Shown: piece after piece, positions 1 through 9,328 of the stretch
Layout: each line of letters starts with the position of its first letter
Numbering within the stretch: the first letter of the stretch is position 1
DNA from: Pseudomonadota bacterium
GTDB lineage: Bacteria; Bdellovibrionota_B; Oligoflexia; Oligoflexales; CAIYRB01
Reading direction: 5' to 3'
Assembly: GCA_031416315.1 (NCBI GenBank)
Contig: JANOTL010000159.1
Location: 9,523 to 73,522 of the forward strand
DNA length: 64,000 nucleotides
The notes under the pieces: model-generated
What the model saw: the letters and a program-made list of their open reading frames with translations, nothing else
What the model was told of the DNA's origin: nothing
The model's database searches: none
Position numbers and translations under genes: made by a program

Positions 1-255
1 GCTCGTTTCGCCCGCGAGCGTGATCCCGGTCGTCGCCTCGCCCTCGTCGATGTGAATGTCTAGGATCGCGACATCCGGCTTTGGCGCTGCCGCCAGCCGC
101 TTCCGATATTCGGCTGCCGTGGCGACCGAGCTCACCTCGAAGCGGCAATCGAGCGCGTGCCCTTCGAGCGCGCGCTGCACGCGTTCCAGCTCGAAAGGGT
201 CGTCGTCGATGTGCAGCACACGGAGGAGCGGCGCCGTCGGGGATGGGGTCGCCAT
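1..255 (-). CDS. Response regulator receiver-domain protein (5' part; runs off window start)
   Basis: Manual translation from ATG at 255: MATPSPTAPLLRVLHIDDDPFELERVQRAL...PDVAILDIHI, giving the acidic pocket and phospho-acceptor Asp; GGAAGG RBS upstream; not in ORF track. Confidence 0.85.
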   Translation of the reverse strand, partial: MATPSPTAPLLRVLHIDDDPFELERVQRALEGHALDCRFEVSSVATAAEYRKRLAAAPKPDVAILDIHIDEGEATTGITLAGETS

Positions 256-273
256 GCGGCACCTTCCTGTGCG

Positions 274-795
274 TTAGGGCTTTGCTGCCGAGCCGCTGCC
301 GTCGCCGATGCCGCCGCCGCCGCCGATCGCGGGTTGCGCCGCCGCCGCCGGCGCGTTCTTCTTGTCTTCCGCGGCGATCATCTCCTGCAGCTCGCCGATG
401 TGCTCCTGGACGCGAGCCTGGCCGATCGCCGCGCCTTGCGCGGAGAGCTCGGGCAGCTTCTTCATCACCTTCATGCCGGTCGGCGTCTGATAGAACTTCG
501 TGATCTCTCCGATCTCCGCCTCGCTGAACTCTTTGACGTAGAGCTTCACGAGATCGGGCTCCAGGCTCTTCCAGCTCATGTACTTGGTAAAGAACTGCAG
601 GAGCACGCCTTTGAACGGCGCCATGGCGGGATTGGCGTTCACCTGCACGTCGGTGAGCTGCACGAGCGTCGCGTTCATCAGCTCGTCCATTTTCGCGACT
701 TTGAAGAAGTTTCTCACCGCCGCTTCGTGGCTGGCCGGCGAGGCATGCGCGAGCGGGGCGAAGGCGAGCGTGAGGCCGAGAACGAGAGCGCGCAT
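274..795 (-). CDS. DUF2059-like secreted protein
   Basis: Signal peptide MRALVLGLTLAFAPLAHA; motif LYVKEFSEAEIGEITKFYQTPTGMKV typical of DUF2059. Confidence 0.8.
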   Translation of the reverse strand: MRALVLGLTLAFAPLAHASPASHEAAVRNFFKVAKMDELMNATLVQLTDVQVNANPAMAPFKGVLLQFFTKYMSWKSLEPDLVKLYVKEFSEAEIGEITKFYQTPTGMKVMKKLPELSAQGAAIGQARVQEHIGELQEMIAAEDKKNAPAAAAQPAIGGGGGIGDGSGSAAKP

Positions 796-854
796 GGAAC
801 GAGTCCTTCCGGGTAAATAAGCAATGCGCCTCAATAATATGCTACGATCCCGGT

Positions 855-1988
855 ATGACCAAACCCAATCTGACGAGCTTGGCCCTCGGTCTTTCGCTCG
901 CGGCGCTCGCCTGCAAGAGCCGCGACGATCTCAGCGCCTTGCGCGAAGAGGCCTCCCCGCCGCCGTTCGGCTTCGCCGACGTCCGCCGCATCGTCGAGGA
1001 AAAGTCCATCCGCTCGGTCGACGAGCTCTTGCCGCTCTTGCCCGAAGACTTCCGCTCGCGCTACGTCCTGCTCTCCGACAGCAAGTCGACGCAGGAAGCG
1101 AGCCCAAGCGCGCCGCGCGTCTTGCTCTACACCGAGGGCGCGCGCTTCGTCCTCGCCTTCAACGGCGACCCCGACGTCTCTGGCTTTAACACCATCGAGA
1201 CCGCCGAGCTCCACCCCGACAAGCCGAGCTACGTTTTCCGTGAGATCGAGTTCGGCGAGACGGCGGCCCACGTCTCGGAGGACAACCCGAAAGCCTGCGC
1301 CGCCTGCCATCGCCAGCCGTTGCGCCCGAGCTGGGAAGGCTGGCCGAAGTGGCCCGAGGCTTACTTCGGCAAGGACACGAGCTCCGACGGGTCAGAACAC
1401 GCCGAGGACGAGCGCAAGTCGTTCAAGAATTTCATCGAAAATCGCGGCACCTCCGGGCGGTATCGCCATCTCGTCCGCCTTGACCAATACACGGCCGACG
1501 CGGAGAGACTGGGTCGCGGCGAGCCCGCCAACTCCTTCAACCAGATCGTCATGAGCCGCATCGAGGACATGGTCTTGGCGGAGGTCCAGGCGCACCCGCG
1601 CTTTCATCGCCTGCGCCCCGTGTTCGAGGCCGCGATCATCGGCTGCGATAAGCTCGGCGATTTCGTCCCCGACGCCGAGAAGGCGACCTTCGCCGTCACC
1701 TTCGAGAAGATCCAGAGCGACACGCTGGCAAAGAACGCCAGGGCGGGCCGCCGCACGATTGCCCTGCGGTGGCTCTTCGAGGCCGAGAAGCTTGCCACCG
1801 CGCATTGGTCGCCGAGCCTTCGCGTGAAATATTCCTTCCGTCGCGCGAAGGAAACCGGCGACGACTTAGACCTCGTGCGCGCCTTCAAGGAGCGCGTCGG
1901 CTTCGGCGAGATCGCTCGCGGCTACGTCGAGGGCGCCGCGCCATTGGCCGAAACGTGCGCCAAGATCAAACTGGCCGCGGCCGGCTAA
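855..1988 (+). CDS. Lipoprotein with a single CxxCH heme-c motif
   Basis: Lipobox ALAC; CAACH motif mid-protein. Confidence 0.7.
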   Translation: MTKPNLTSLALGLSLAALACKSRDDLSALREEASPPPFGFADVRRIVEEKSIRSVDELLPLLPEDFRSRYVLLSDSKSTQEASPSAPRVLLYTEGARFVLAFNGDPDVSGFNTIETAELHPDKPSYVFREIEFGETAAHVSEDNPKACAACHRQPLRPSWEGWPKWPEAYFGKDTSSDGSEHAEDERKSFKNFIENRGTSGRYRHLVRLDQYTADAERLGRGEPANSFNQIVMSRIEDMVLAEVQAHPRFHRLRPVFEAAIIGCDKLGDFVPDAEKATFAVTFEKIQSDTLAKNARAGRRTIALRWLFEAEKLATAHWSPSLRVKYSFRRAKETGDDLDLVRAFKERVGFGEIARGYVEGAAPLAETCAKIKLAAAG

Positions 1989-2011
1989 CGTCTCTCGGGG
2001 GCTCCCACGCC

Positions 2012-2179
2012 AGGGTGCGTCCGGCAGATCGCGCTAGCGTCGGCGTCGGCATCGCGACCTCGCGCTCGGGAGAAGCTTTGCCCGCGCGGTCATGTCTTAA
2101 CGCACTGCAGTAGCAGACGATTTGTGTGCCCGGCGCCGATGCCGACGCCGATGCCGACGCGATCTGCCGGACGCGCCCT
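2012..2179. mobile_element. MITE-like element: 43-bp imperfect terminal inverted repeats around an 82-bp spacer
   Basis: 2012-2054 is the reverse complement of 2137-2179 with 5 mismatches and no gaps; right end reads ...GCCCTAG. Confidence 0.55.
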
Positions 2180-2254
2180 AGCCCTTGAGCCGCCCTCGCT
2201 CCACGTCGGCGCGATCTGGGATAAGATCAAAGGATCAACCCTGGAGGGGTCCGC

Positions 2255-2899
2255 ATGATTGGCGTCCGTTTCTTTGCGAGCGTCTGCTCACTTTTCGCGT
2301 TCACCGTCGCCAGCGTGGCGACGGCGCAAGCCCGTGATCCGGTCGGCGAGCGCGCCGACTACGTCCTCGACCGCGCGGCCTCGCGCACGAGCAGCATGGT
2401 GGTGGAAGGCGCGCTAACGGCGCACGTCGACTCGTTCGACGAGGGCGCGGCAGCTTACAACTCGTCAATCGATTACGCGTTCAAGATTCGCTTCCTCGGT
2501 TGGCAGCGCGGCACGCAAGGCCTCGCGGTCGACGCGGCCTACTTCACGCCGGAGTTCATGGTAGCGCTGCGCGAAAGCGGCGAATACCGCGGTGAAAAAT
2601 TCGACGTGCGTTGGCTCGGCTACGTCAACGCGCGCACGATGGAGGGCGGCAACTACCCGCATTGCGACGAGATCCTGATCTACAACATCGACCAGGGCTT
2701 CGAGGGCTCGTTCGCGCAGATCGCGCGCAACCTGATCGCGAACGCGGCCGGTGCCCAGCCTACCGACACCATCGACGACCTGACGATCCGCGCCGCGATC
2801 TTTCAGGGCGTTCCGGTCCTCGGCGCCGTGAAGCTCGACATCACGGGCAAGTACAACGGCACCAACATCAAAGCCGGCGCGGACTACGACGCTCCGTAA
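2255..2899 (+). CDS. Secreted hypothetical protein
   Basis: GGAGG RBS, signal peptide ending AQA, beta-rich body. Confidence 0.75.
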   Translation: MIGVRFFASVCSLFAFTVASVATAQARDPVGERADYVLDRAASRTSSMVVEGALTAHVDSFDEGAAAYNSSIDYAFKIRFLGWQRGTQGLAVDAAYFTPEFMVALRESGEYRGEKFDVRWLGYVNARTMEGGNYPHCDEILIYNIDQGFEGSFAQIARNLIANAAGAQPTDTIDDLTIRAAIFQGVPVLGAVKLDITGKYNGTNIKAGADYDAP

Positions 2900-3965
2900 G
2901 CCAGGCCTTCCGGTCCAGGTTCGACACGAGATGTCTCTCTACCTCGCCCTCGGCGAGCCACTTGGCTCCCGGGGGCGAGCTCTTTGTGAGCCGCGCGCGG
3001 AAGATCGCGGCGCTGATCCTGTGCTTCGTGATCGTGTGCTTCACGCTCCCGGCCTCTGCCGCCTCGACGGCGAAGTCCCGCGTCGTCACGCCTCCGTCCG
3101 GCTCGAACGCGTCGGTCAGCCGCAGCGACGTGAGAAATCCCCAGGTGCCCTTCAGGAACTTCGCCGAATCCGGCCGTTCCCAGAGCCCGACCTGCCCGGC
3201 GCCGTCGCGCACGATCGTGAGGCGCATCGCGACCTCCACCGGCGCCACCCGCTTTTTCGGCGCCGGCGCCAGCGCTTGGCTGCCCCGAGCTTTGGCGAGG
3301 CACCCGCCTTCGAGCGGACAAACCTCGCAGGCGGGCGAGGTCGGCGTGCACACGAGCTGCCCGAGCTCCATCACCGCCTGGTTGAAATCGCCCGCGGCCT
3401 CGCGCGCCAGGAGCGCCGTCGCCAGCTTCTGCATCACCTTTTTCACGCCTGGCTCGCTGGCCGCGACGCGCCAGTCGAGGAGCCGCGCGAAGACGCGCTC
3501 GACGTTGCCGTCGACGACGGCCGCCGGGAAATCGAAGGCGATGCTGGAGATCGCCGCGGCCGTGTAGTCGCCGATCCCCGGCAGGGCCTTCCAGCTCTCG
3601 AAGTCTCGCGGCCAAGGCCCGCCGGCGACGAGCTTCGCCGCCTGGTGCAGCATCCGGAAGCGCCGGTAGTAGCCGAGGCCGCGGACGGCTTCGCGCACAT
3701 CCGCCTCTTCGCCGGCGGCGAGGCTCTCGATCGTCGGAAAACGCGCTAAGAAGCGCGCGTAGGCCGGCAGGACGGCCTTGATCACCGTCTGCTGCAGCAT
3801 GATCTCGCTCACCCAGACGTGATACGGATCCGCGTGCTTTTGCCATAGCTCGCGCCAAGGCAGACGCCGATTCCCTGCGCGGTACCACGCGAGCAAGCGC
3901 TGGCGCGCCGGCTCGAGCGGAAACGCGAAGGCCTCGGGCGCGACTGCCTCGGCCCGCGCCTTCAT
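2868..3965 (-). CDS. mutY: A/G-specific adenine DNA glycosylase
   Basis: VWVSEIMLQQT, GLGYYRR, LPGIGDYTA, VVDGNVERV and the 4Fe-4S motif CTPTSPACEVCPLEGGC. Confidence 0.95.
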   Translation of the reverse strand: MKARAEAVAPEAFAFPLEPARQRLLAWYRAGNRRLPWRELWQKHADPYHVWVSEIMLQQTVIKAVLPAYARFLARFPTIESLAAGEEADVREAVRGLGYYRRFRMLHQAAKLVAGGPWPRDFESWKALPGIGDYTAAAISSIAFDFPAAVVDGNVERVFARLLDWRVAASEPGVKKVMQKLATALLAREAAGDFNQAVMELGQLVCTPTSPACEVCPLEGGCLAKARGSQALAPAPKKRVAPVEVAMRLTIVRDGAGQVGLWERPDSAKFLKGTWGFLTSLRLTDAFEPDGGVTTRDFAVEAAEAGSVKHTITKHRISAAIFRARLTKSSPPGAKWLAEGEVERHLVSNLDRKAWLTERRSPRRL

Positions 3966-4417
3966 TCGCCGGCGGCGTCCGGCTCGGCCGCGGTGGCGGT
4001 CGTCGTCTTCTTGACGGCCTTCACCTTTTTCTTCGCTGCGGCGCCGGCCTGCTTGGCGCTCGTCTTCACTTTTTTGGCGTTGGCGCTGCCGGACTTCGCG
4101 ACCTTGCTCAGCTTGGCGCGGGTGTCGTGCAGATTCTTGCGGACCTTCAGCTCGAGCTCGCTCAGGTCGACGCCGGCTTTCTTCGCCGTCGTGTTGAGCT
4201 CGGCGACGAACTTGTTGATCTGCGGCTCGATCTGCTTGAGCTTCTGCTCGATCAGTTTCTCGACGTCCTTCTTCTTCTCTTCCATCTTGTCCTTGCTGGT
4301 CGCCTCCTTGACCTTCTTCATCAGGTCGTCGCCCTCTTTCTTCACCTGCTTTTGCAGGTTGTTGAGGTCCTTCTGGAAGCGGCTCATGAACTCTTTCAGC
4401 GGTTTCTCGAAAGCCAT
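3962..4417 (-). CDS. Coiled-coil protein with Lys/Ala-rich basic tail (possibly phasin-like)
   Basis: Amphipathic helical N-terminus, AKK-rich C-terminus, GGAGAG RBS. Confidence 0.7.
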   Translation of the reverse strand: MAFEKPLKEFMSRFQKDLNNLQKQVKKEGDDLMKKVKEATSKDKMEEKKKDVEKLIEQKLKQIEPQINKFVAELNTTAKKAGVDLSELELKVRKNLHDTRAKLSKVAKSGSANAKKVKTSAKQAGAAAKKKVKAVKKTTTATAAEPDAAGE

Positions 4418-4441
4418 GGTCTCTCTCCTAAGTGGGTTCTT

Positions 4442-5284
4442 TCAAACGAAAGGTCGTGCGGAAAATTTGTCGGCGAAGGCCGGCGTGCGTTTCTCGAGAA
4501 AGGCCGCGGTGCCCTCCAGCGCCTCTTCGCCTTCGAAGCAAGCGGCGAAGGCGTTCGCCTCGGCGTTGAGCCCGGCGTCCAGGCTCATGTTGTAAGCGTC
4601 GCGAGCCAGGCGCTTCGTCTCGGCGATCGCGCGCGGGCCCGCGCCGAGGATCGCGCGCACGGCCTTGCCGACCTCCTCCTCGAGCTTGTCGTCGTCGACG
4701 ACGCGGGAGGCCAAGCCTAGCTGATGCGCCTCGGTGCCGGAGATCGTGCGGCCGCGGCCGCAAAGGAGGATGTCCATCGCCGCGTGCATGCCGACGCGGC
4801 GCACGAGTCTTTGCGTGCCGCCGAAGCCCGGGATGATGCCGAGGTTGACCTCGGGCTGGCCGAACTTGGCGTTCTTCGCCGCGATGACGAGGTCGCAGGC
4901 CATCGCCAGCTCGCAGCCGCCGCCCAAGGCGAAGCCTTGGACCTTCGCGATCGTGACCTGGGTCAGCATTTCCAGGGCTTTGGTGAGCATCTGACCCATC
5001 CGCGCGAAGTCGCGCGCCTGCGCGGACGACATGTTGCGCATCTCGGCGATGTCGGCGCCGGCGACGAAGGCGCGATCGCCCGCGCCCTCGAGCACGACGA
5101 CGCGCGTCTCGTCCGTATCCATCGAGCCCGGCCCGTGGCCGAAGAGCACCTGCTCGAGCTCCTCGAGGACACGCGCGTTCAACGCGTTCAGCGACTGCGG
5201 GCGGTTGATCACGATGCGGCAGACGGCCGCCTCGTGGCGCACTTGCAGCGTCTCGTAAATCGGATGCTCTTGGTCCTCAGCCAT
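4442..5284 (-). CDS. crt: Enoyl-CoA hydratase (crotonase family)
   Basis: AFVAGADI, GFALGGGCELA, FGQPEVNLGIIPGFGGTQRL. Confidence 0.9.
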   Translation of the reverse strand: MAEDQEHPIYETLQVRHEAAVCRIVINRPQSLNALNARVLEELEQVLFGHGPGSMDTDETRVVVLEGAGDRAFVAGADIAEMRNMSSAQARDFARMGQMLTKALEMLTQVTIAKVQGFALGGGCELAMACDLVIAAKNAKFGQPEVNLGIIPGFGGTQRLVRRVGMHAAMDILLCGRGRTISGTEAHQLGLASRVVDDDKLEEEVGKAVRAILGAGPRAIAETKRLARDAYNMSLDAGLNAEANAFAACFEGEEALEGTAAFLEKRTPAFADKFSARPFV

Positions 5285-6137
5285 ACTTGTACACTCCGCG
5301 TCCCGATTTCTTGCCGTGCCAGCCGGCCTCGACGTACTTTTTCAGCAAGGGACAAGGGCGATAGCGCGGATCGCCCAGCCCTTCGTGCATCACCGAAAGG
5401 ATCGCGAGGCAAGTGTCCAAGCCGATGAAGTCGGCCAAGGTCAAAGGCCCCATCGGCTGGTTCGTGCCGAGCTTCATGCCCTTGTCGATGTCCTCCGCCG
5501 TCGCCACGCCTTCCATCAACGCGCAAAACGCCTCGTTGATCATCGGCATCAGCACGCGATTCACCACGAAACCCGGGTAATCCGCGCTGCGCGAGGTCTC
5601 CTTACCGAGCGTCGCGCACAGGGCGAGAATGCGGTCGGTCGTCTCGGGCGCCGTCGCGAAGCCCGGGATCACCTCGACGAGTTTCATCAGCGGCACCGGA
5701 TTCATGAAGTGCATGCCGACGACGAGCGCCGGGCGCTTGGTCAAGGCGGCGAGGCGCGTGATCGGGATCGACGAGGTGTTCGTCGCCAGGATCGCGCCTT
5801 CCGGAAGGATCGCGTCGAGCTTTTTTAGCAGCTCGCCCTTGATCGCCTCGTTCTCGACGACCGCCTCGATGGCGAGATCGCAAGACGACAGGTCCTCCAA
5901 CTTCATCGATGCCGAGATCCGCGCCACCGCCGATTGTGCGGTCCCCGCGGGGATCACGCTCTTCGACTCGAGCTTCTCCAGCGAGGCTTGGATGCCCTTG
6001 CGCGCTTTCTCGAGTTGCGCCGCGTTCGTATCGACCAGGGTCACGGTCAAGCCGAAGGTCGCGCAAACTTGCGCGATCCCGGAGCCCATTTGTCCGGCGC
6101 CGACGACGCCGACCTGCTTGAAACCTGCGCTGCCCAT
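5277..6137 (-). CDS. hbd: 3-hydroxybutyryl-CoA dehydrogenase
   Basis: GAGQMGSGIA Rossmann motif, ATNTSS, GMHFMNP, QPMGPLTLADFIGLD; start at MGSAGF. Confidence 0.92.
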   Translation of the reverse strand: MGSAGFKQVGVVGAGQMGSGIAQVCATFGLTVTLVDTNAAQLEKARKGIQASLEKLESKSVIPAGTAQSAVARISASMKLEDLSSCDLAIEAVVENEAIKGELLKKLDAILPEGAILATNTSSIPITRLAALTKRPALVVGMHFMNPVPLMKLVEVIPGFATAPETTDRILALCATLGKETSRSADYPGFVVNRVLMPMINEAFCALMEGVATAEDIDKGMKLGTNQPMGPLTLADFIGLDTCLAILSVMHEGLGDPRYRPCPLLKKYVEAGWHGKKSGRGVYKYG

Positions 6138-6283
6138 GGATTCTCCCGACTTGGCCCGGTGATTCTGCCGAAGGGAGCCCCATCTTAAACGCCCCAAACT
6201 TAAATGCAAGTTGGCCTCCCGGCCGAGGAGCACCTAAGATTGCGGGGGAGCTTGGCTCGACTCTGGGGTGTGGAGGACCGGTT

Positions 6284-7582
6284 GTGCGTCTCGTCGCCGA
6301 GAAGTGCTTCGAATTCGACCTAACCCGCGGTTGGCCCGCGGCGGTGCCGCTCCTCGCCTTGCTCGGCGGCGGTCGGCACGCCATGGTGGCCACCGCCTTC
6401 ACGGAGATCCCGTTCGCCGAGGCGACCGCCTACGCTTGGAGCCAAGCCAAGGTGCGTGTGGTGCCGACGAGCCTCGGCGCGCCGCCTTTTCGCACCGGCG
6501 TCTTGGGCCTCGTCTCCTACGACCAATCGGCCCCAAGCCGCGCTTTCCGCGTGCATCAGGCGCTGGTCTTGGACCGCGAGCGCGGCGCCCTATGGCTCGC
6601 CGACGAGGAGACCAAGGTTCCGCCGCAGCATCGCCTCCCGGAGACCGACGTTCTGCGGCTGATCCGCCGCGCCCAGGGGAAGGAGGTCCCGGGGGAGAAG
6701 ACGCCACCCGTCTTGCCCGAGCCCCCGCGCATCGAGCTCGAGCCGCAGGGCACGGACGACGCCTACCTCGAGGCCGTCAAAGATGCGCTCGCGGAGATCA
6801 AGGCGGGCCGCTACTACCAAATCAACCTTCTGCGCTATTTCACGCCGAAAGCGGCGTGCCTCGCCGGGCCCGACGCCCGCGAGGGCCTCCTTTCCCTGCT
6901 GATGCGCAACGGCGGGCCTTACTCCGCCGTCATCGATCTGCCCGATTTGTCGGTCTATTCCTTCAGTCCGGAGCGGTTCGTGGCCGCTGCGCCCACGCCG
7001 GCCGGCGTGGTGCGCCTCGAGACCTTCCCGGTGAAGGGCACGGCGCCGCGCCACGTCGACCGCGAGGCGGACCGCAATGCCGCCGAGGCGCTCTTGGCGA
7101 GCAAGAAGGACCAGGCCGAGCTCGCGATGATCGTCGACCTCATGCGCAACGACCTCGGCAACGTCGCCAAAGCCGGCACGGTGCGCGTCCCGACGCCTGT
7201 CGAGCTGACCTCGCACGCCAACGTCCACCACCTCTCCGCCCGCGTCGAGGCCGACATGGCGCCCGGCGTCACCCTGGGCGAGGTCCTGCGCGCCGTCTGC
7301 CCGGGCGGCTCCATCACTGGCGCTCCGAAGAAGGAGGCGATGACCGCGATCGCGGAGAAAGAGGGCCGCCCGCGTGGCTACTTCATGGGAAACATCTTTC
7401 TTCTCGACGACGGCGGCACCTTCGACTCCTCGATCCTGATCCGCACCCTGGTGCGGCGCGGGGCGGGCGCGCCCTGGGAATTCGCCGCCGGCGCGGGGCT
7501 AGTCGCCCACAGCGATCCCGAGGCCGAGCGCCGAGAGATCGCGGCTAAATGCCGCGTCGTCGGCGAGCCTTTGCAAACTTAG
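6284..7582 (+). CDS. Chorismate-binding enzyme (aminodeoxychorismate/anthranilate synthase component I family, PabB-like)
   Basis: YYQINL, SPERF, PVKGT, KDQAELAMIVDLMRNDLG, PGGSITGAPK. Confidence 0.85.
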   Translation: MRLVAEKCFEFDLTRGWPAAVPLLALLGGGRHAMVATAFTEIPFAEATAYAWSQAKVRVVPTSLGAPPFRTGVLGLVSYDQSAPSRAFRVHQALVLDRERGALWLADEETKVPPQHRLPETDVLRLIRRAQGKEVPGEKTPPVLPEPPRIELEPQGTDDAYLEAVKDALAEIKAGRYYQINLLRYFTPKAACLAGPDAREGLLSLLMRNGGPYSAVIDLPDLSVYSFSPERFVAAAPTPAGVVRLETFPVKGTAPRHVDREADRNAAEALLASKKDQAELAMIVDLMRNDLGNVAKAGTVRVPTPVELTSHANVHHLSARVEADMAPGVTLGEVLRAVCPGGSITGAPKKEAMTAIAEKEGRPRGYFMGNIFLLDDGGTFDSSILIRTLVRRGAGAPWEFAAGAGLVAHSDPEAERREIAAKCRVVGEPLQT

Positions 7583-7590
7583 GAAGCGGC

Positions 7591-9312
7591 TTGGACATCA
7601 CCAAAAGCGGCATCGCCCTGGGGCGCCGCATCAAAAACGTCGGCAGGCTCGCGCACATCGTCAACGTGTTCGCGCGCCACGGGCTTTGGTCGGTCGCCGA
7701 GCGCCTCGGGCTGGCGAGCCAGCTGACGCCGGAGCAGGTGCGGCGCGCGCAGGAGCTTTCCCGCGAGGAAGGCGGCGTGCCGGTCGGCGACGCCGACGTC
7801 AAGGGCATGCCTTCGCGGCTGCGCCAGTCCTTCGAGGAGCTGGGCCCCGCCTTCGTCAAGCTCGGCCAGGTGCTCGCCACGCGCGAGGACTTGCTCGGCA
7901 AGGAGTACATCGAGGAGCTCAGCAAGCTGCATTCGAACGTCGCACCCCTACCTTTCGCCGCGATCCGCCAGGTCCTGATCGAGGAGCTCGGCGAGGAACG
8001 CTTGGGCCAGTTCGAGACGATCGAGGAGACGCCGCTCGCCGCCGGCTCGATCGCGCAGGTGCACCGCGCCACCCTCATCGGCGGCCTGCCCGTCGTCATC
8101 AAAGTGCAGCGGCCCGGCATCGAGGCGCAGGTGAAGGTCGATCTCTCGCTGATGGAGGAGGTCGCGACCCTCGTCGAGCGTTTCATCCCGGAGGCGAAGG
8201 TCGCGCGCCCTGTCGCCACGGTCGAGGAGTTCCGCCGCGCCATCATCTCGGAGCTCGATTTCGTCCGTGAAGCTGGTAACATTTCGAAAATACAGAGGAA
8301 TTTCTCGGAATGGCCCGACATCGTCCTCCCTGAGGTTCACTGGCGCTTCACCACCACGCGCGTGATCACGCAGTCCTTCCTCGACGGCGTCAGCGCGGTC
8401 GACCGCGAAGCGATCATTGCTCGCGGCATGGATCCGTCGATTCTGGTCGAGCGCGGCTGCGGCATGTTCCTGAAGATGGTGTTCGTCGACGGGCTCTTCC
8501 ACGGCGACCTGCACCCGGGCAACCTCCTGGCGATGGAGGGCAACAAGATCGGCGTCCTCGACTTCGGCTTGACCGTCCACTTGAGCAAGTCGACGCGCGA
8601 TCACTTGGCCGGGCTCTTGATGGCTTTGATCGACGAGGATTTCCAGCGCGTCGTCATGCACTACTGCGAGCTCGCCGATCCGGACCTCGACTTCGACGCG
8701 CAGACCTTCGAGCACGAGGTCGGCAACGCCGTCTCGCCCTTCATCGGGCTTTCCCTCGAGTCGATGCGCGCCGGCCGGCTTTTCTGGGACCTGGCCCGCG
8801 TCGCCGCGCGCCAGGGCGCCCCGATGCCGCAAGCGCTCGTCGTCTTCATCAAGACGCTCGTCTCTTTCGAGGGCATCGGCCAGAAGTTGGATCCGGGCTT
8901 CGACCTCCTGAAGACCGCGCAGAAGTACACCGCCTCGATCGCCGTCGAGCTCTATTCGCCGGAGAATTTGAAAGAGCAGGCGATGATGATCGCCCGCGAC
9001 CTGACCGCTTTGGCGAAGCACGGCCCTTTCCTCGTGCGCCGCCTGCTGCGCGCCGGGCTCGAAGGCGACCTGTCGCTCAACGTGAAGAGCGAGGAGATGA
9101 AAAAGCTCGCCGCCGCCCTCGACCGCTCGTCCTCCCGCATGGCGATCAGCCTGATCATCGCCTCCCTCATCGTCGGCTCCTCGATCCTGACGTACTCCGG
9201 CAAAGGCCAGGAGCTGTCGACGATGCCGATCTTCGGGCTCGCCGGTTTCGCGCTGGCGGGCCTTCTCGGCTTCTACGTCATCTTCTCCGTGCTGCGCGGC
9301 GGGCGGATGTGA
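7591..9312 (+). CDS. ABC1/UbiB (AarF) family atypical kinase with C-terminal TM helices
   Basis: FVKLGQVLATR, AAGSIAQVH, VIKVQRP, FHGDLHPGN, DFG; probable TTG start after AGGAAG. Confidence 0.9.
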   Translation: MDITKSGIALGRRIKNVGRLAHIVNVFARHGLWSVAERLGLASQLTPEQVRRAQELSREEGGVPVGDADVKGMPSRLRQSFEELGPAFVKLGQVLATREDLLGKEYIEELSKLHSNVAPLPFAAIRQVLIEELGEERLGQFETIEETPLAAGSIAQVHRATLIGGLPVVIKVQRPGIEAQVKVDLSLMEEVATLVERFIPEAKVARPVATVEEFRRAIISELDFVREAGNISKIQRNFSEWPDIVLPEVHWRFTTTRVITQSFLDGVSAVDREAIIARGMDPSILVERGCGMFLKMVFVDGLFHGDLHPGNLLAMEGNKIGVLDFGLTVHLSKSTRDHLAGLLMALIDEDFQRVVMHYCELADPDLDFDAQTFEHEVGNAVSPFIGLSLESMRAGRLFWDLARVAARQGAPMPQALVVFIKTLVSFEGIGQKLDPGFDLLKTAQKYTASIAVELYSPENLKEQAMMIARDLTALAKHGPFLVRRLLRAGLEGDLSLNVKSEEMKKLAAALDRSSSRMAISLIIASLIVGSSILTYSGKGQELSTMPIFGLAGFALAGLLGFYVIFSVLRGGRM

Positions 9313-9328
9313 CCGGACGCTCTTTGCG

